Shown here: one piece after another, positions 42,128 through 56,470 of the stretch
Position numbering within the stretch: the stretch's first letter is position 1
Layout: every line of letters starts with the position of its first letter
Assembly (NCBI RefSeq): GCF_009914755.1
Contig: NC_060930.1
DNA length: 64,000 nt
Direction: 5' to 3' (one strand)
From: the human T2T-CHM13v2.0 reference genome, Homo sapiens
Made by a program: the position numbers and the translations under genes
The notes under the pieces: generated by a model
The model's input: only the letters and a program-made list of their open reading frames with translations
Databases searched by the model: none
Told to the model about the DNA's origin: nothing

Positions 42128-43370
42128 TTACTCCCATGGCCAAGTGATGGTTGTAACAGGAATCTAACTGTTGGTTTTGGGGCCGCTCATCCAAGTTCGC
42201 TGTGCCGTGACAAGGCGTTTCGTGTCAGCGCTTCCCTGGAAAAGCTCCTTTCTTCAAGGTTGCCCCAGACAGTCAGCTGTGAGGCCTCGCTCTGAGGCCT
42301 GTCTGCGGCTGTCTCTCTGGCATTCTCTGTAGCTTCTGCAGAGCTGGGGTGGGGTGGGGACCACTCTGCCCCTGTGGCCAGCGGCGCCGTGGCCTGGCTG
42401 TGAGGCCCAGCAGGGGTTTGGGGTGGCACCTTCCCAGGCCTTCCCAAGCCGCCTCACGCCTGCTCCTGATGCTTCCAGAGAGGAACAGCGGGCAGCAGTG
42501 TCTCCGGGAGGAAAGCCAGGCGGCTTCACGTCTGATGTGGGTCGAGGTGCAGCTCCTTCCACTTCCCAGCGTGGACCTGAGGGGCTGCCCTGCCGGGGGA
42601 GCAGCTTTGCCATCCTTTGAATCAGCAGCGACAGCTCTCGGGCTCTGAGGCCAGGCGCTGCCTAAGAAGCCGGAGCCACGGGTGTCTCACACTCCAGAGG
42701 AACCAGGCCTCCCCGTGGGGCTCCGTCCACGCGCTCTGCTCCTTCTGTTGCAGTTTTCCTGAGAGCACGGCAGTGGCCCCTGCGGCTCGCAGCTTCTTCT
42801 CAGCACCTGTAGGGAGGAGGACCCCGCCTTTTCCTCAGCTGGGGCTGGGCAGACTCTGACGGGTGAGGCGCTGGCAGCACGTGGGAACCCCCTGTGGGGG
42901 TGAAATGCAGGGGCCTGGGCGGTGGAGGGGCCTGGGCGGTGGAGGGCGGGCTCTGCAGGTGTCCCGATGCCCAGCCCAGCTCCAGACTCTCAGGGCTACA
43001 AGCTGAGGGCGCCGGAGCGCGAGCCTGGGCCGGGGGGCTCTGTCCTCGCGTCTCTAGAACGAGGAGCCGGTTCAGAGAAACCCAAAGACTTCTTTCTCTC
43101 TGGAGGTTTTCCCATCACATGAGTGTTTCCGTCGAGCTCGTCCTCGTACTCAGTGGCCTAGAAACAGACCAGAGAGCTCCACACCTGCCCGTTCCTCGGA
43201 ATTCCACAGCCTCGCCTTGGAGGAAGCGGGAGTCGCGACGTCCCCATGAGGCTCCTTCACCCCCGCACAAGCGCCCGGGGCCGGAGTGTCGCCTGGCTCC
43301 TATCGGGCAGCATCGACCTGTTCATTTTCCTCAGAGAACGGGCATTTCCATGAAGGAAGTCTGTGCGGGG

Positions 43371-44365
43371 GTGTGAGTGTGAATGTGTGAATGTGTGAGA
43401 GGGAGTTTCTGTTGCATGTGTGTATGCCTGAGGTGTGTGTGCGTGAGTGTGAATGTGTGTTCATGTGCATTGTGTGCATGTGTGATTGTGTATGCTTGTG
43501 TGTGAATGTGTGCATGAGTGTGCATGTGTGACTGTGTGAATGTGTGAATGTGTATTCATGTGCCTGTGAGTGTACATATGTGAGTGTGCATGTGTGTGAA
43601 TGTGTGTAAATGTGCATGTGTGGATGTGTGAGAGCGTGTGTATGCTTGTGTGAGTGCATGTATGTGACAGTGCATGTATGTGTGTGAATGTGTGTTCATG
43701 TGTGTGCATGTATGACTGCATGTGTGAGTGTGTATGCTTGTGTGGGTGTGTATGTATGGAGAGTGTGCTTGTGTGTGAATGTATGAACGTGCATGTGTGA
43801 GTGTTATGCTTATGTGAGTGTGCATGTGTGTGAATGTGCATGTGTGTGTGTTCATGTGCGTGTGTGCATGTGTGAAAGCATGTATGTGCTTGTGTGTGAA
43901 TGCATGTTTATGTGAGTGCATGAGTGTGCATGCGTGTGTGTGCCTCCTTGTGTATGAATGTATTCATGTGTCTGAGCATGCGTGTGTGTGCGTGCATGTG
44001 TGAGTGAGCATGAGTGTGCGTGCATATGCTTGCATGTGTGTTAGTGTGTATCCGTGCACGCGTGTGTATGCATGCGTGTGTATGCGTGCATGTGTGAGTA
44101 TGCGTGCATGCGAACATGTGTGTGTGTGCATGTGTGAGCATGCATATGTGTGTGAGTGTATGTATGCGTGCATGTGTGAACATGCGTGTGTGAACGCGTG
44201 TGTATGCATGCATGTGTATGTGTGCATGTGTGAGCATGCGTGTGTGTATGCGTGCATGTGTGAGTATGCGTGCATGTGTATGTGTGTGTATGCATGCGTG
44301 TGTGAGAGAGTGTGTATACGTGCATGTTTGTGTGTTCATGTGCGTGCGTGCATGTGTGAGTGAGC
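43371..44365. repeat. ~1-kb TG/CATG-rich low-complexity repeat
   Basis: Continuous TGTGTGCATG/TGAG/TGAA/CGTG mosaic; source of the His/Thr- and Cys/Val-rich spurious ORFs. Confidence 0.95.
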
Positions 44366-46233
44366 ATTAGTGTCCGTGATTCTTTCTGTGCCCTGGGCTC
44401 CTGGGCCAGGTGCTTATCCCTGGCTCCACCCTTTCCAGGTTGGATTTTCTTCTTCCAGCAGACACAGTTATCAGAAGCAACTTCAATCGGATTTGTGCTT
44501 GTGTCTTGCAGAAACTCTACCCAGAGTATGTTTACCTTAACTCGCTTATGGTATTTTAACACGTCTGATGTTTGGGAGCGCCCTTCCTCACAGGCTGGGG
44601 TAGACATAACAGGAGATTCAGGGCCTTCGGTCTCGTGTGCAGCCGTGATCAGAAACACAGCCGGACGTTCCTAGAACATCGCACATCCAAAGGGCCTTTC
44701 CTTGTTTGCTTTAGTGGCACCACCAAACCCAAGGCACCGGCTCATCAGCAGAGCAGGGGCCTCTCCGCACAGCCTAGGGAGCTTCTGCCCTCTGGAAGGT
44801 TCTAGTCAGCCTTCCTGCAAAGGATTTAGTGACCATTTACACAATCATCCATTTCGATCTGTTGAAAATCACTGATATTTTCATAGAGATGGGCATGATC
44901 TGTGGTTTCTTGTATAAATATTATAAAGGCTGTCTGAATACTGTAATATAGTCTTGCAATGGTTTGCAGTTTCTCTTAACTTTCTCTTTACAATTTGGCA
45001 ATCTCAGTTACATATTTAGGGATTTCCTATTATAATTTTGTTTCTGCCTTTATGCATTTAAAAAGAGAATACTTACGTAAAACGAAAATGTCGTTCCTGT
45101 CTCCCTTAGCTCTGAAATGGTGTCGTTCTGGTCATGGTTGAGGGAAGGTTGGACGGATGCGCTAGTCTGCTGCTGTGGGGATGCATCATGCTGCTTTTGC
45201 TGGCCAAGGGCTGCAGACCACTGGGGTTGGGGGCGCTTATCACAGCACTTCCATCTATATTAGGATATTAGGATGGAAAAGAATACTTCAGTTCTGCTGG
45301 AGAGTGTTGCAGCATGGCATTCTTAGTTTTTCTGACTCTGGCCTTCAAAATTACGGGTGGGTAAAATACTACAACTTTTAAAACACAGTGTCTGCCTTCA
45401 TTTGATGCCAAAATCAATAAAAGCCATGCCACTCTGAGGGCTATCATTGCCGTGGCCACTACAAAGACACCATATGTGTCCTCTGCCTGGCTGCCATTTG
45501 CTCGTTCAGCCCGTGGCATTCCCACACCAGCCCCGTCCCGGCCAGCCCTGCACTGGGTCATGGGGAGATGGCAGTGCAAGCTGAGCCTGAACTTGAAGAG
45601 TTTACATGGCCGTGGCCATAATCATAGCCATTCAGTGACCTCGCGAGATCCAGAGTCAGAGCATCTGTTGACCAGAAACATATCCAGCTAGCTGCTCCTT
45701 CCATATCGATAAATGAGACACCACAGTCATTACCTGTGTCCCAAAGTTCTCTGCCTATTGCAGTAGGAAGCTGAGTGGCATCAAAGTCTTGAGACACCAT
45801 CTCTGGTGTAAACCAAAGCATCTTGGAAGACCAACAGGAAGAGTTACTTTGATTCACTTTTGCCTAGCTTAGTGTGTTTATGTTATTCGATTCTGTTACA
45901 GACAGGAGTCCCTGAGAGAGGAACTCTCTGGGCTTAGGACTACCAAATTCATCATCACCTGTGAAGATCACTGTTTCTTGGCCCTGTTTTGAAAAGTTTT
46001 CTCAAAGATCCCTTTTAACTGTTCCTTTTAATTGTTGCTCTCCAGATCTCTGTAAAATGTTCAGCAAAGCAATCTCTGCTGATTCTTGCCTAATCCTGTT
46101 TTGAGAGATTCTAGCAAAGTAGGGAATTATTTGCTTTCCGTTTAAAAGAAAACACTCATCATAAGTAACCATTATAAAACACTGTTTTCATTTCTACTTT
46201 GTAGTGAGCATCACATTTTAATGGTTTCCATGA

Positions 46234-46539
<306 letters not shown>

Positions 46540-46693
46540 TGACATATCTTGATATGTAAACAAGCTTGTAATCTGATTGGAGCCTATTTTGTTTTGTAAC
46601 TGAGAGAGATGAAATATCATCCAACAGGTAGAAATAAATTGCTTGCACAATTAACTATCATTAACCAAAAATTCATCAAAATATTTCTGTTAG

Positions 46694-46979
<286 letters not shown>

Positions 46980-47239
46980 TTAGTGATGCCTTGCTAAGCA
47001 ATGATGAGTTCTTTCTTTATAAAGTCCCGGCTCTGCAGGTAAGAGCAAACATTTTCTAAAAATAGATGACAAAATTCACATAAGAAAGTTTTTATTTGGT
47101 CTAGTAAAAAGTGACTAAATTCTTCAATTAGAAGGAGATTAACACTTTTATTTAAAGTGTTAATATTATAATTTCCAGCTAAGATGTTTTTCTTTGAGGT
47201 AGACATTGATTATAGTAATATAATACTATGAGCCAAAGT

Positions 47240-48160
47240 ACTATGAAACCATTTCATCCCAGTCAGATGGTTACAACAGTGTAACAAAGACAAAATAAAT
47301 TCTGGGTGGATAAACACTTGTGTCTGTTGGCTGGACATACAACGGTTTAGCACTGTGGCAGACAGCAGGCACTCCCTCCGTAAGTTACATGCAGGACTGC
47401 CATGTGAACCATCATTTCTACTCCATCATTTCTACTTTTTACCCAAAAGACTTGAAAACAGGCGTTCAAACAAAAATTTACATCTGCATGTCTATAACAG
47501 CATTATTTACAATAGCCAAAAGATCCTAAGTGTTCATCCATGAGTGAATGAATAAACAAAATATGGTCCATCTGTTCAATAGAATATTATTCAGCCATAA
47601 AAAGGAACATAGCTCTGAAACATGCTGTAACATACATAAACCTTGACAACATCATGCTAAATGAAGGAAGCCAGACACAGAAGGATACCTCGTGTATGAT
47701 TACATTGATGGTGTAGACATGCATGAACACACGTACATGAACCTTGAAATCATCATGCCAAGTGAAGGAAGTCAGACACAGAAGTATACCTCGTGTATGA
47801 TTACATTGATGTACCATCTCTGGTGTAGACATACATCAGCATACATACATGAACCGTGAAAACATCAGGCTAAGTGGAGGAAGCCAGGCACAGAAGGATA
47901 CCTCGTGTGTGATTGCATTGATAGGAAATGCCCAGAATAGGCAAATTTGTAGAGACAGGAGGTAGACAGATAGTTCTAGGGGTTGAGGTGAGGGGGAAAT
48001 GGGGAATGGCAGCTTAACGGGCATTCTTTTGGGAATGAGGAGAATGTTCTGGAACTAGGCTGAGGTGGCAGTTGCCCAACACTATGAATGTGCTACATGC
48101 CACTGAATCGTTCACTTTAAAATGGATAAGATGGTAAATTTTATGTTATTTGTAGTTGTA
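47240..48160 (+). mobile_element. Old L1 3'-end fragment (L1MB/MC/ME-like) with internal triplication
   Basis: CAGCATTATTTACAATAGCCAAAAG, GAATATTATTCAGCCATAAAAAGGAA, GAATGTTCTGGAACTAG, ATGGTAAATTTTATGTT; a ~100-112-bp block is present three times at ~47620-47922. Confidence 0.8.
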
Positions 48161-48167
48161 CAGTAAT

Positions 48168-48798
<631 letters not shown>

Positions 48799-51445
48799 GT
48801 CATACAGTAATTTAAAAAATTATGTTGCTTATGTTCTGGGGATTTAATAATCAAACAGTTAAACATAAAGTGTTCAGAGTGGAATCTCAACAAGGCTGTT
48901 AAACAGTTAGGGTTCTGCTTAATTTTTAACTCAACCAAAGAATCATACAGAGTAAAAATATATTAAGGAGAGACATTTATCATCATCTGTAAATAAGGTT
49001 TCCAGGGGACAGTGTTGAAGCATCCTATTCCATTCTTTCAAAGCGATTAAAAAGTTGGAAAGTTGGAAATAGTATAATTTTGAGGGTGTGTTTAACATTT
49101 TGATTTTTATAAAGAGGGGCATTTAATTCAGTCTAAGATATGTCTGTATCAAGCATATAATGGCTTAGAGTGATATTGAGAACACACGGGGGCCATGACT
49201 GTTTCTGAGTGCTCATTCTCTGGCAATTTTGTGCCTCTCGGTAGAATGGACCTTGTCGGATGCTGGTCAGGCACTTCTCTGTAGTAAAGATCTTGAACCT
49301 GATTTAACACGAGATATCCAGAATAAGGAATAGCAAATCTGTGGAATAAGCCGCAACCCTGTAGCAGTTTTACTTCATAAGATGACTGCAGGTTTATTTT
49401 GAGTGATGATTTATGCAGGCCTTGTAATTTCATGCTAAGTCTTAATTGTTTCCTATGACTAAATAGTTTGCCATAGGCTAGACGTAAACTTGGAATTTAA
49501 TATTCTATTAAACCCAAGAGCTGCAGATTTCAGAACTATCTGACCAGTGGCAAATGTGAAGTCTTTAAAAGAAGTCCACGCCAAGAATGGAGCCCACAGG
49601 AGTTTGGAAAACTTAGCTTTCTTGGCATGTTCCATGATAGCTCAAATATTAGACCTAATTTATAGCTCCATCTGTACCTCGTGGAGACCTCGCAAGCTGG
49701 AACTCATATCACTTTTCCTTTTTAGACAGTCAAAACCACAGGTTATACTAAAAAACGAGGACAGAAGTCCAGCAAAGCAGTGATTTCTCCTCAGCTAAAA
49801 CACAGACTGCATTAAAACCACATGTTGCTGAGTGCTGGCTGGCCAGGCCAGACTTTAGAATAAAGCTGAAGGCATGAAGCTGGGATGCATGGAGGAGCGT
49901 TTGCTCAGGTGTGTAGGCCCGTAATGCTCTATGCAGCATGTGGCCGGTGGTTCTGCAAAAGCCAGAGAGGAGTCGCACAAAGGCCCTGGAGCATTGTTAG
50001 AGGCGGAGCCTGTAGGAGCCCGCTGTGACGGGTGGAGCCCAGGGCTGGTAATCGGATCGCATTTTGCCATAGCCAGCACTTTAACCACGAGGGAGTCAAA
50101 AAGTCACCATCTGAAGACGGAAGTGAACAACATTTGAAGAAGAGTCCTTGGAGTCGAGACGGCCTTTGTGCTCTCTCAAGATGCAGGCACTTGTGATTGA
50201 AATCTGGAAATACGTTTTTTAAAAAGGAAAGCCATTTTTTCAAGTTTTAAAATTCAAATAAGCTATATGGTGTGATGGTCCCAAGAAGTAAAGCATGCAT
50301 GTGTGTTCTGCTTCCGGGGAGGCGGCCCATGGCAGCCAACGTGACGTCGTCTCCTGTGGTGGGAGGCTGTTCTTAGGACAAGCCTTTTCCCCCTGGGGGC
50401 ACTGAAAGATGGGCCTGGTTGATGCTGGGCTCACAGCTTTCACTCCCTGGGCTGGAAGGCTGAGAAGAGCTTCAGTAAGCAGCCGACTTTGTGGTCCTCA
50501 CGTGTCTTAACCTGGCCCTGATTGTGCAAGTTAGGGAGAAACAAGGCCTGCTTGTGGCACACACGGATCCTGCATTACTGCTTTTCATGTCTCTGTATTT
50601 CTGAATTAGTTTTTTTCCACAGTGAGCTTAGATATGCCTGGAAGTCTAAAGACTTTTCCAGTTTTGCTCATCCTTGGGGTGTCTTCTTAAGTAGTAGCAG
50701 TGACGTTGCGCCTTCTGTGAAATCTGTGTTGTTGGGAAGGTGGGATATGGAGCCTCTGGGGCAGAGGATGAGGCTTTCTAAGAAGACCTGACCCTTTTAT
50801 CCACCTGACAGTCAGATTTCCATGTGAAGGTGGAAGAGGCAGGACAGGAAACAGAGAAAAGGGACGAGCCACGCTCTCCTCTCAGGCTGGTCTCAGTGGG
50901 ACGGTGCCCTGGGCTGCAGCTGTGGTTGGAAGTCCCACCGCGTGCGTCCTGAGACCCCCGCCCCTCAGTCACTTCCCTTTGGTCTGTTTTTAATGGTGGC
51001 ATCTAGCCCTGCCCACCCTCTGCATCTGGACTTGATCCTGGTGTGTTCAGGTGGTCGTCCTTGGATCTGAGGACAGCCTGCCTCCGTCCCACCAGGCAGC
51101 TGGCGTTTCCCCATTTTCAGGAAGCAGGGGCCACCTGTTTCCCCAGGGATAAGCTAGGAGGCCTTCCTGGGCCTCAGTGTTCTTCCTCACTCAATGTGGA
51201 GAATGGGCCTGCCCTTCCCGCCCCTGGGCCTCGCATCAGATAGGACCAGGCCTGCATGTGACAGGCACCTGCCCTTCTTCTGAGGCTCCCTTTTCTGAGA
51301 GCTGAGCTGCCTGTGAAGCCCTTTCCAGCCTCCAGGTCCTCAGCACTCCTGCCTAACTCATGCCTTCACATCTTTCAATGTTCCTATATCTGTTCTATCT
51401 TCTTCCCATTGCATAACCACACCTCTGCCCTGTTCTTCCCTACAG

Positions 51446-51552
51446 ACGTGTCCAGGTGTGTGGCCGAAAGGAAGTATACCCAGGAGCAAGCCCGGAAGGA
51501 GTTTCAGCAAGTGTTCATTCCTGAGTGCAATGACGACGGCACCTACAGTCAG
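51446..51552 (+). CDS. SMOC2: SMOC2 coding exon (probably exon 3), N-half of thyroglobulin type-1 domain 1
   Basis: TGTTCTTCCCTACAG acceptor (AG 51444-51445) and donor CAG|GTTACC; 107 nt. G|AC completes Asp in frame with the previous exon: DVSRCVAERKYTQEQARKEFQQVFIPECNDDGTYSQ. Confidence 0.96.
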
Positions 51553-52394
51553 GTTACCGGCCTTGCTTGGGAGGTTCTGCACCTGTGCGATTAGGGAGGG
51601 AGATGTGGAGCGGGTGTGGGGAGAAGGCAGGTGGGGGGAGCCGAACAGAAGAAGCAGCGGGTTTGTTCTCTGGGGAAATCAGCCTTCTGCATTTTAGAAG
51701 TTAATTCGTAATGAGCCTACTTGGCATAAATAGACACATAAATGAAGGTGTGTGTTTATTTCTTAGTTGGTGCAGGCATTTATATCATTGCTGCTGTCAT
51801 TCACACTTTCATTACTATGAATTTAGCCTGGAAGCTTCCTTAGTGAGGCCAATTAGACCGTGCTAACCCGGCTTGCAGCTTAGAATTTAATTTTAGTTTG
51901 ATTTTAATTATGGGGAGCACACACTAAAAGTCGTGTCTGTGCCAAGCGTGAGCTCCTGGATCATTCATTCCAACCTGACGGGCCCACAGACATGGAGCTG
52001 AGCCAAGTCAAATTCATGTTGTCAGCCAAAGGCACTGTTGAGAAAGTCAGCCAGCTCTCCGTTTTGAGTGTGTCAATGCTGTTAACTCCTTATTAAGGAA
52101 AAACAAAGTACTAACATACAATGCTAACTGGCACAGGGGCAGAAAGAGCAGAAAAAACAGCACGGGTTCTGCACTTCGACATGCCTGGGGCCCATTGGGT
52201 GATGATGTGAGTTCTGTGTGTTTACATCATCGTTTGGCCTTTGAGAGACAACGAGGGAGAGAACGAGAGAGAGAGGAGCTGGAGCTGAAGGACAGGCTGT
52301 TCTGGCCCTGGTTGCAGGGGGAGCGGGCGGTGCAGGCTGCAGAGTGAACACTAAAGAGGCCGAGGTTGCTCTCCTGGCTCTACAGTGGGGAGCT

Positions 52395-52522
52395 CCTGAC
52401 CTTCCCGGGCCTCAGTTTCCCCACTCATAAGATGAGGGCTAGGGCTCCATCTGGAAGGCGGTGAGGATTAGTGGCTTCACAGGTAAGGTGTCCAGCCCAC
52501 ACTAGCAGTCAGTAAAGTGCTG
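52395..52522. mobile_element. MIR fragment between the two TY exons
   Basis: GGGCCTCAGTTTCCCCACTCATAAGATGAGG...GTGAGGATTA resembles the MIR core. Confidence 0.65.
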
Positions 52523-52727
52523 ATTTGGGCCCCTTTTATCTCTAAAACCCTGGGGTCAAGACCTGCACACTTTCTTTACCGAGGACTCAAATGCAGCCAC
52601 AGAAGTAGCTCTGGGTATCCCAGGACCCTGTCTGAGCCACTGCCACAGAAAGCAGAGTGGGCCTCGCAGCTGTGAGGCGCTGCGCCACGGGCCCGGGAGG
52701 GCTTACCCGTCCTGTGCTCTCTCGCAG

Positions 52728-52827
52728 GTCCAGTGTCACAGCTACACGGGATACTGCTGGTGCGTCACGCCCAACGGGAGGCCCATCAGCGGCACTGCCG
52801 TGGCCCACAAGACGCCCCGGTGCCCGG
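52728..52827 (+). CDS. SMOC2: SMOC2 coding exon (probably exon 4), C-half of thyroglobulin type-1 domain 1
   Basis: CTCTCTCGCAG acceptor (AG 52726-52727) and donor G|GTAGGT; 100 nt. VQCHSYTGYCWCVTPNGRPISGTAVAHKTPRCP(G) contains the QC and CWCV hallmarks of thyroglobulin type-1 repeats. The ORF track misses this frame. Confidence 0.96.
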
Positions 52828-55489
52828 GTAGGTCTGACGTGCCTTTCCAAGTGGAAGGCTTGAAGGGAATTGGTTTGCCGTTTCTTCTCATCATCTTCCC
52901 TGGGTTTACTGATAATTCAAAGGGAAATCCAGTTTGGCTGGCATTGTGAGCCACAGTGGGAATAGATCTCGTCACTGACAAAGCCTACATTTTAGGGAGC
53001 CCTTGTTTTTAAGAGGGGAAGGGTGAAGCTGTGTGAATGTATGCATATGGCTGGAGGCCAGCTTACTAAAGGAAGATAGCCCTGCATCTGATCATGATGG
53101 GTTAAGATGATTCAGGTCCCTTAATTGTTTAAAATAACCGCAAGGACTTGGAGTCACCAGTGGAAATGACCAAATGTTTTCTTTGGCCAAAAAAGTGAAA
53201 ATTGCTGGTTTTGTATGCATATGTTTTCAAAGAAAAATGGGTCTTTCTTCATAAGTCAATTTCAAAATGGTTTATGTTATTTTATTACTCGTAAGAGGGC
53301 TTGATGTACTAAAAGTAATAAAATTAGAAGTTTAAAAATCTGTAAAATATTCTCTTTCCCATTAGTGTTTTTTTTTTTTTTTTTGCCAATGGTGCTGTAA
53401 ATGATTTAGATCATTTTTATTTGAAAATAATCTGCAGCCCAAGTTTGATTAATTTGTGGGGGAGACTTATCAGACCATCTATGAAGAAATGCTATGATCT
53501 AGCCCTCCAGATTCCTGGATCATATGTATTAAGATAGTCAAAACACATCAATATAAAGCAATAATAAACTACAAAATGTCTCTCCCTGTTTCTCATGTAC
53601 AATCTTGAAACATTTGCATTTAGAGTTTACCTTTTGATTTATTTTTCTGTTTAAGGGATATATATCTTTTAATCTGGAATTCTGTTTATTATTCAGATGT
53701 TTTTCAAGCTTCCTGAGCCATGGCCCTGGCCAGAACTCATGACCTCTGTGGGTTCCAGGAGAATGAGGGTGTCCACAGTCAGCAATGACATAAGGCCTAA
53801 TGTTTCCAGCGACTGGCCATGGGGATGCATGATGTGGAATTAAAATATGTTTATTTGTAAAAACTTTTTCTCCAGAGCCTAAATAGTGCTGGAAATATAT
53901 CTTTAGTTAAGCTAACATGTATACCTAATAGTTCTGTTGCAAACTCATGGAGGAAATGAAACAGAAAAACATCACCAAGATTAACTGGGTCTGTGTGTGT
54001 CCCTCTTTGACTTTGAGAGACACTTTCACTTCCTATTTCCTTCATCCACAAGCAGCATTTTGAGGTGAGCCTTGTTTTACGAAGGGGAAAGCAGTGGGGA
54101 TAGGGGCATCTATTTCCGTTGCTTTAGTGATATCATCTGATAATTAAGGAGTGTCCCAAAGAACTTTCTTAGAAAACATGTGCAAAATTGGCTGAATTTT
54201 GTACGATCTACAAATAGTGGCTTGTTTCTGGAATCAAATCAGTGTACCATCTACTCACGTTGTTGCTTCCAACTAGGTCTCAGTATCATCTCACTGTATA
54301 GAAATATTCCTTTTTTTTTAACTGCCTACGTGGAACGTTTGGTCCAAGGAATGGACTGGGGAAGAGAGTAGACGGCCCTTTGCATATAGAAGTCTGGTGT
54401 TTATTGGGCAGCCCATGCGCTGGGTAGGAAGCCAGGCGTGCGAGATGAAAAGCTTCGATGCCGAGGGGCAGTTTCCTTGAGAAGACGGTGCTGTCTGTGA
54501 GGGGGGGCAGTGTTTCCACGTCGGGGCAGGGTTCCGCTGGCTGCACCCTTGGTGTTGGCAGGACAAGCGTCCTTCTACCCCTGGTTCACCTGTTCGGTGC
54601 AACTAGTATATTCCGCAGGTCTACAGAGTTACGGAAAAACTCTCTTAATCCCTGGCTGTGTTCCAGGCTTCCCCTCCGCACACATGTGGGCACGGCGGAG
54701 CCAGTGTCTATGCCAGGGTCACTTTGGAAACTTTATGGAGTCATGGCAAATTGTGGAGAGAATTTTGAAATTGAAGGGAGAATTATGGAGGCGAGAGGTG
54801 TTGAGTATACATACCCCCCAAACACAGAGAATTTATCATAAATTCATACTGGAATTTAACTTCTTCCTGAAAGTTATATAATGCAGAGAAGCAGGGAAGT
54901 TAAGTAATGCAGAGAAGCAGAGAAGCGGGCATCACCTGTGAGATCGTGGTCAACAGCATGGGCCACAGCTGGGCAGTGTCTTGATCTGTAGGCGCCAGGG
55001 AGCTGGACCTCTGGGCATACCCTTGGGGGTTCACGGAGAAGTCAGCTCATACACAGAATGGCTAATCTGCAGTATGCACTGTCTGTACATGGCAGGAGTA
55101 CTTTTCATCAAGTTTACTAAAATTAGGCAAATTTCAGTATTTAATAAATGTTTTTTGCCCTCAAGTTAATACCGAGGTTACCATAGAAGCAGACTCTATA
55201 AAAATTTGAAAATCAGACAATGAGATTTAAAAAGAGCCGTAGATAGGAGCTGTTTTTCAGAAAGTGCATGTGTGTGTGTTTATGAATAATACATGCAAAC
55301 GTAACTTGAGGCCAGCCACAGCGGAGGGAAACGGGGCTCCACTGACTGGCATGATTCCTGGAGAGCAGAGAAAGCCCTTGCCCCAAAGCCTCCCAGCTCT
55401 TCAGTTGTCTCAGAAAGATCTTTAATAGGAAATGGATTCCTTTATTTCATAATCATGTATTCTTAAAGCCATGAATGCAAAATACCTAA

Positions 55490-56470
55490 ATTCCTATTAA
55501 TCCATAAATTCCTATTAATCGGATAATATAATGAGACAATCCAGCAGAAAAACGGCCAAAAGTCTCGAGCAGGCAGCATTTTATTTATAAAGGAAAAAAT
55601 CCTGATGACCAGTAAAGGCAGGAAAAGGTGCCTAGGATCTTCAGTCCCAGGGAACTGCAAATTAAAGTCACAATTAAAGTCACCGTGCAACTCCCCTCCA
55701 CACCCACTGGTTGGAAATGCAAATTAAAGTCACTGTGCAACCCCCCCACCCGCCCCCACACCCACTGCTCTGGCAGAAATGAAAAACCGTGATTCTATGA
55801 CTTGCTGGTGAGGACAGAGCTGCGGGTGTGGTGGGAACTGGTACTGCCCTTTGCAACATCAGTTTGCCCCTTTGCATGTGGGTGATTAAGATCCCAGCTC
55901 TTCCATTCCGGGAGGGAACCCAGGAGAAATGCATTCACCTGTGTGGGAGGAGACCTGGGAGGGCGTTCCCAGCAGTGTTCACATGAGAACCAAAGCCTGG
56001 AAACAGATCTGTGTCCATTGGCGTCTGCCTGGGTGAGCACTGCGGTTCGCTCGGTTCATCCTACAGAGCAGTGAGCACTGATGAAAAGGTCCAGTGCCTT
56101 CCTCAGTGGTGCCGTGCGCTAATGTCCTCCTGAGTCCACGGAGCCCCACACGGAGGCACCCCAACCACAAATCCTCCCACAGCTGAGAGTCAGAAAACTC
56201 AGCTCCAGCTCTGAGGGATGCATCCAGAGGTGGCAAACCATGAAGACCAGCAGGGAGTGATGGCCACACACGCAGGGCCACGGTTGCTTGCATGCGGTGG
56301 AGAGCAGGGGGGTCAATTTTGTGATTGCAGAGGGGGCTGACTTGGGGAGTCCTTTTCCTGCTCTGGAAAATGTCTTCACAGGTTTTGGTTGATAATAATT
56401 CATTACGTGTACATTTATCTTTTGTGCACTTTTCTGTATGGGTGTCAATATTTTAGGAATTTAAAATGTT
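55490..56470 (+). mobile_element. Very old L1 3' fragment (L1ME-like)
   Basis: CAGGGAACTGCAAATTAAAGTCAC, CCAAAGCCTGGAAACA..TGTCCA and TGTGCACTTTTCTGTATG resemble the L1 ORF2 end/3'UTR; small internal duplication at ~55657-55767. Confidence 0.6.

Noticed and set aside
42300-43370. GC/CpG-rich segment as an alternative promoter or CpG island
   Set aside because: CpG enrichment is modest and no core promoter or first-exon evidence can be supported from sequence alone.
43300-44658. His/Thr-rich and Cys/Val-rich ORFs
   Set aside because: Translations of TG/CA low-complexity DNA.
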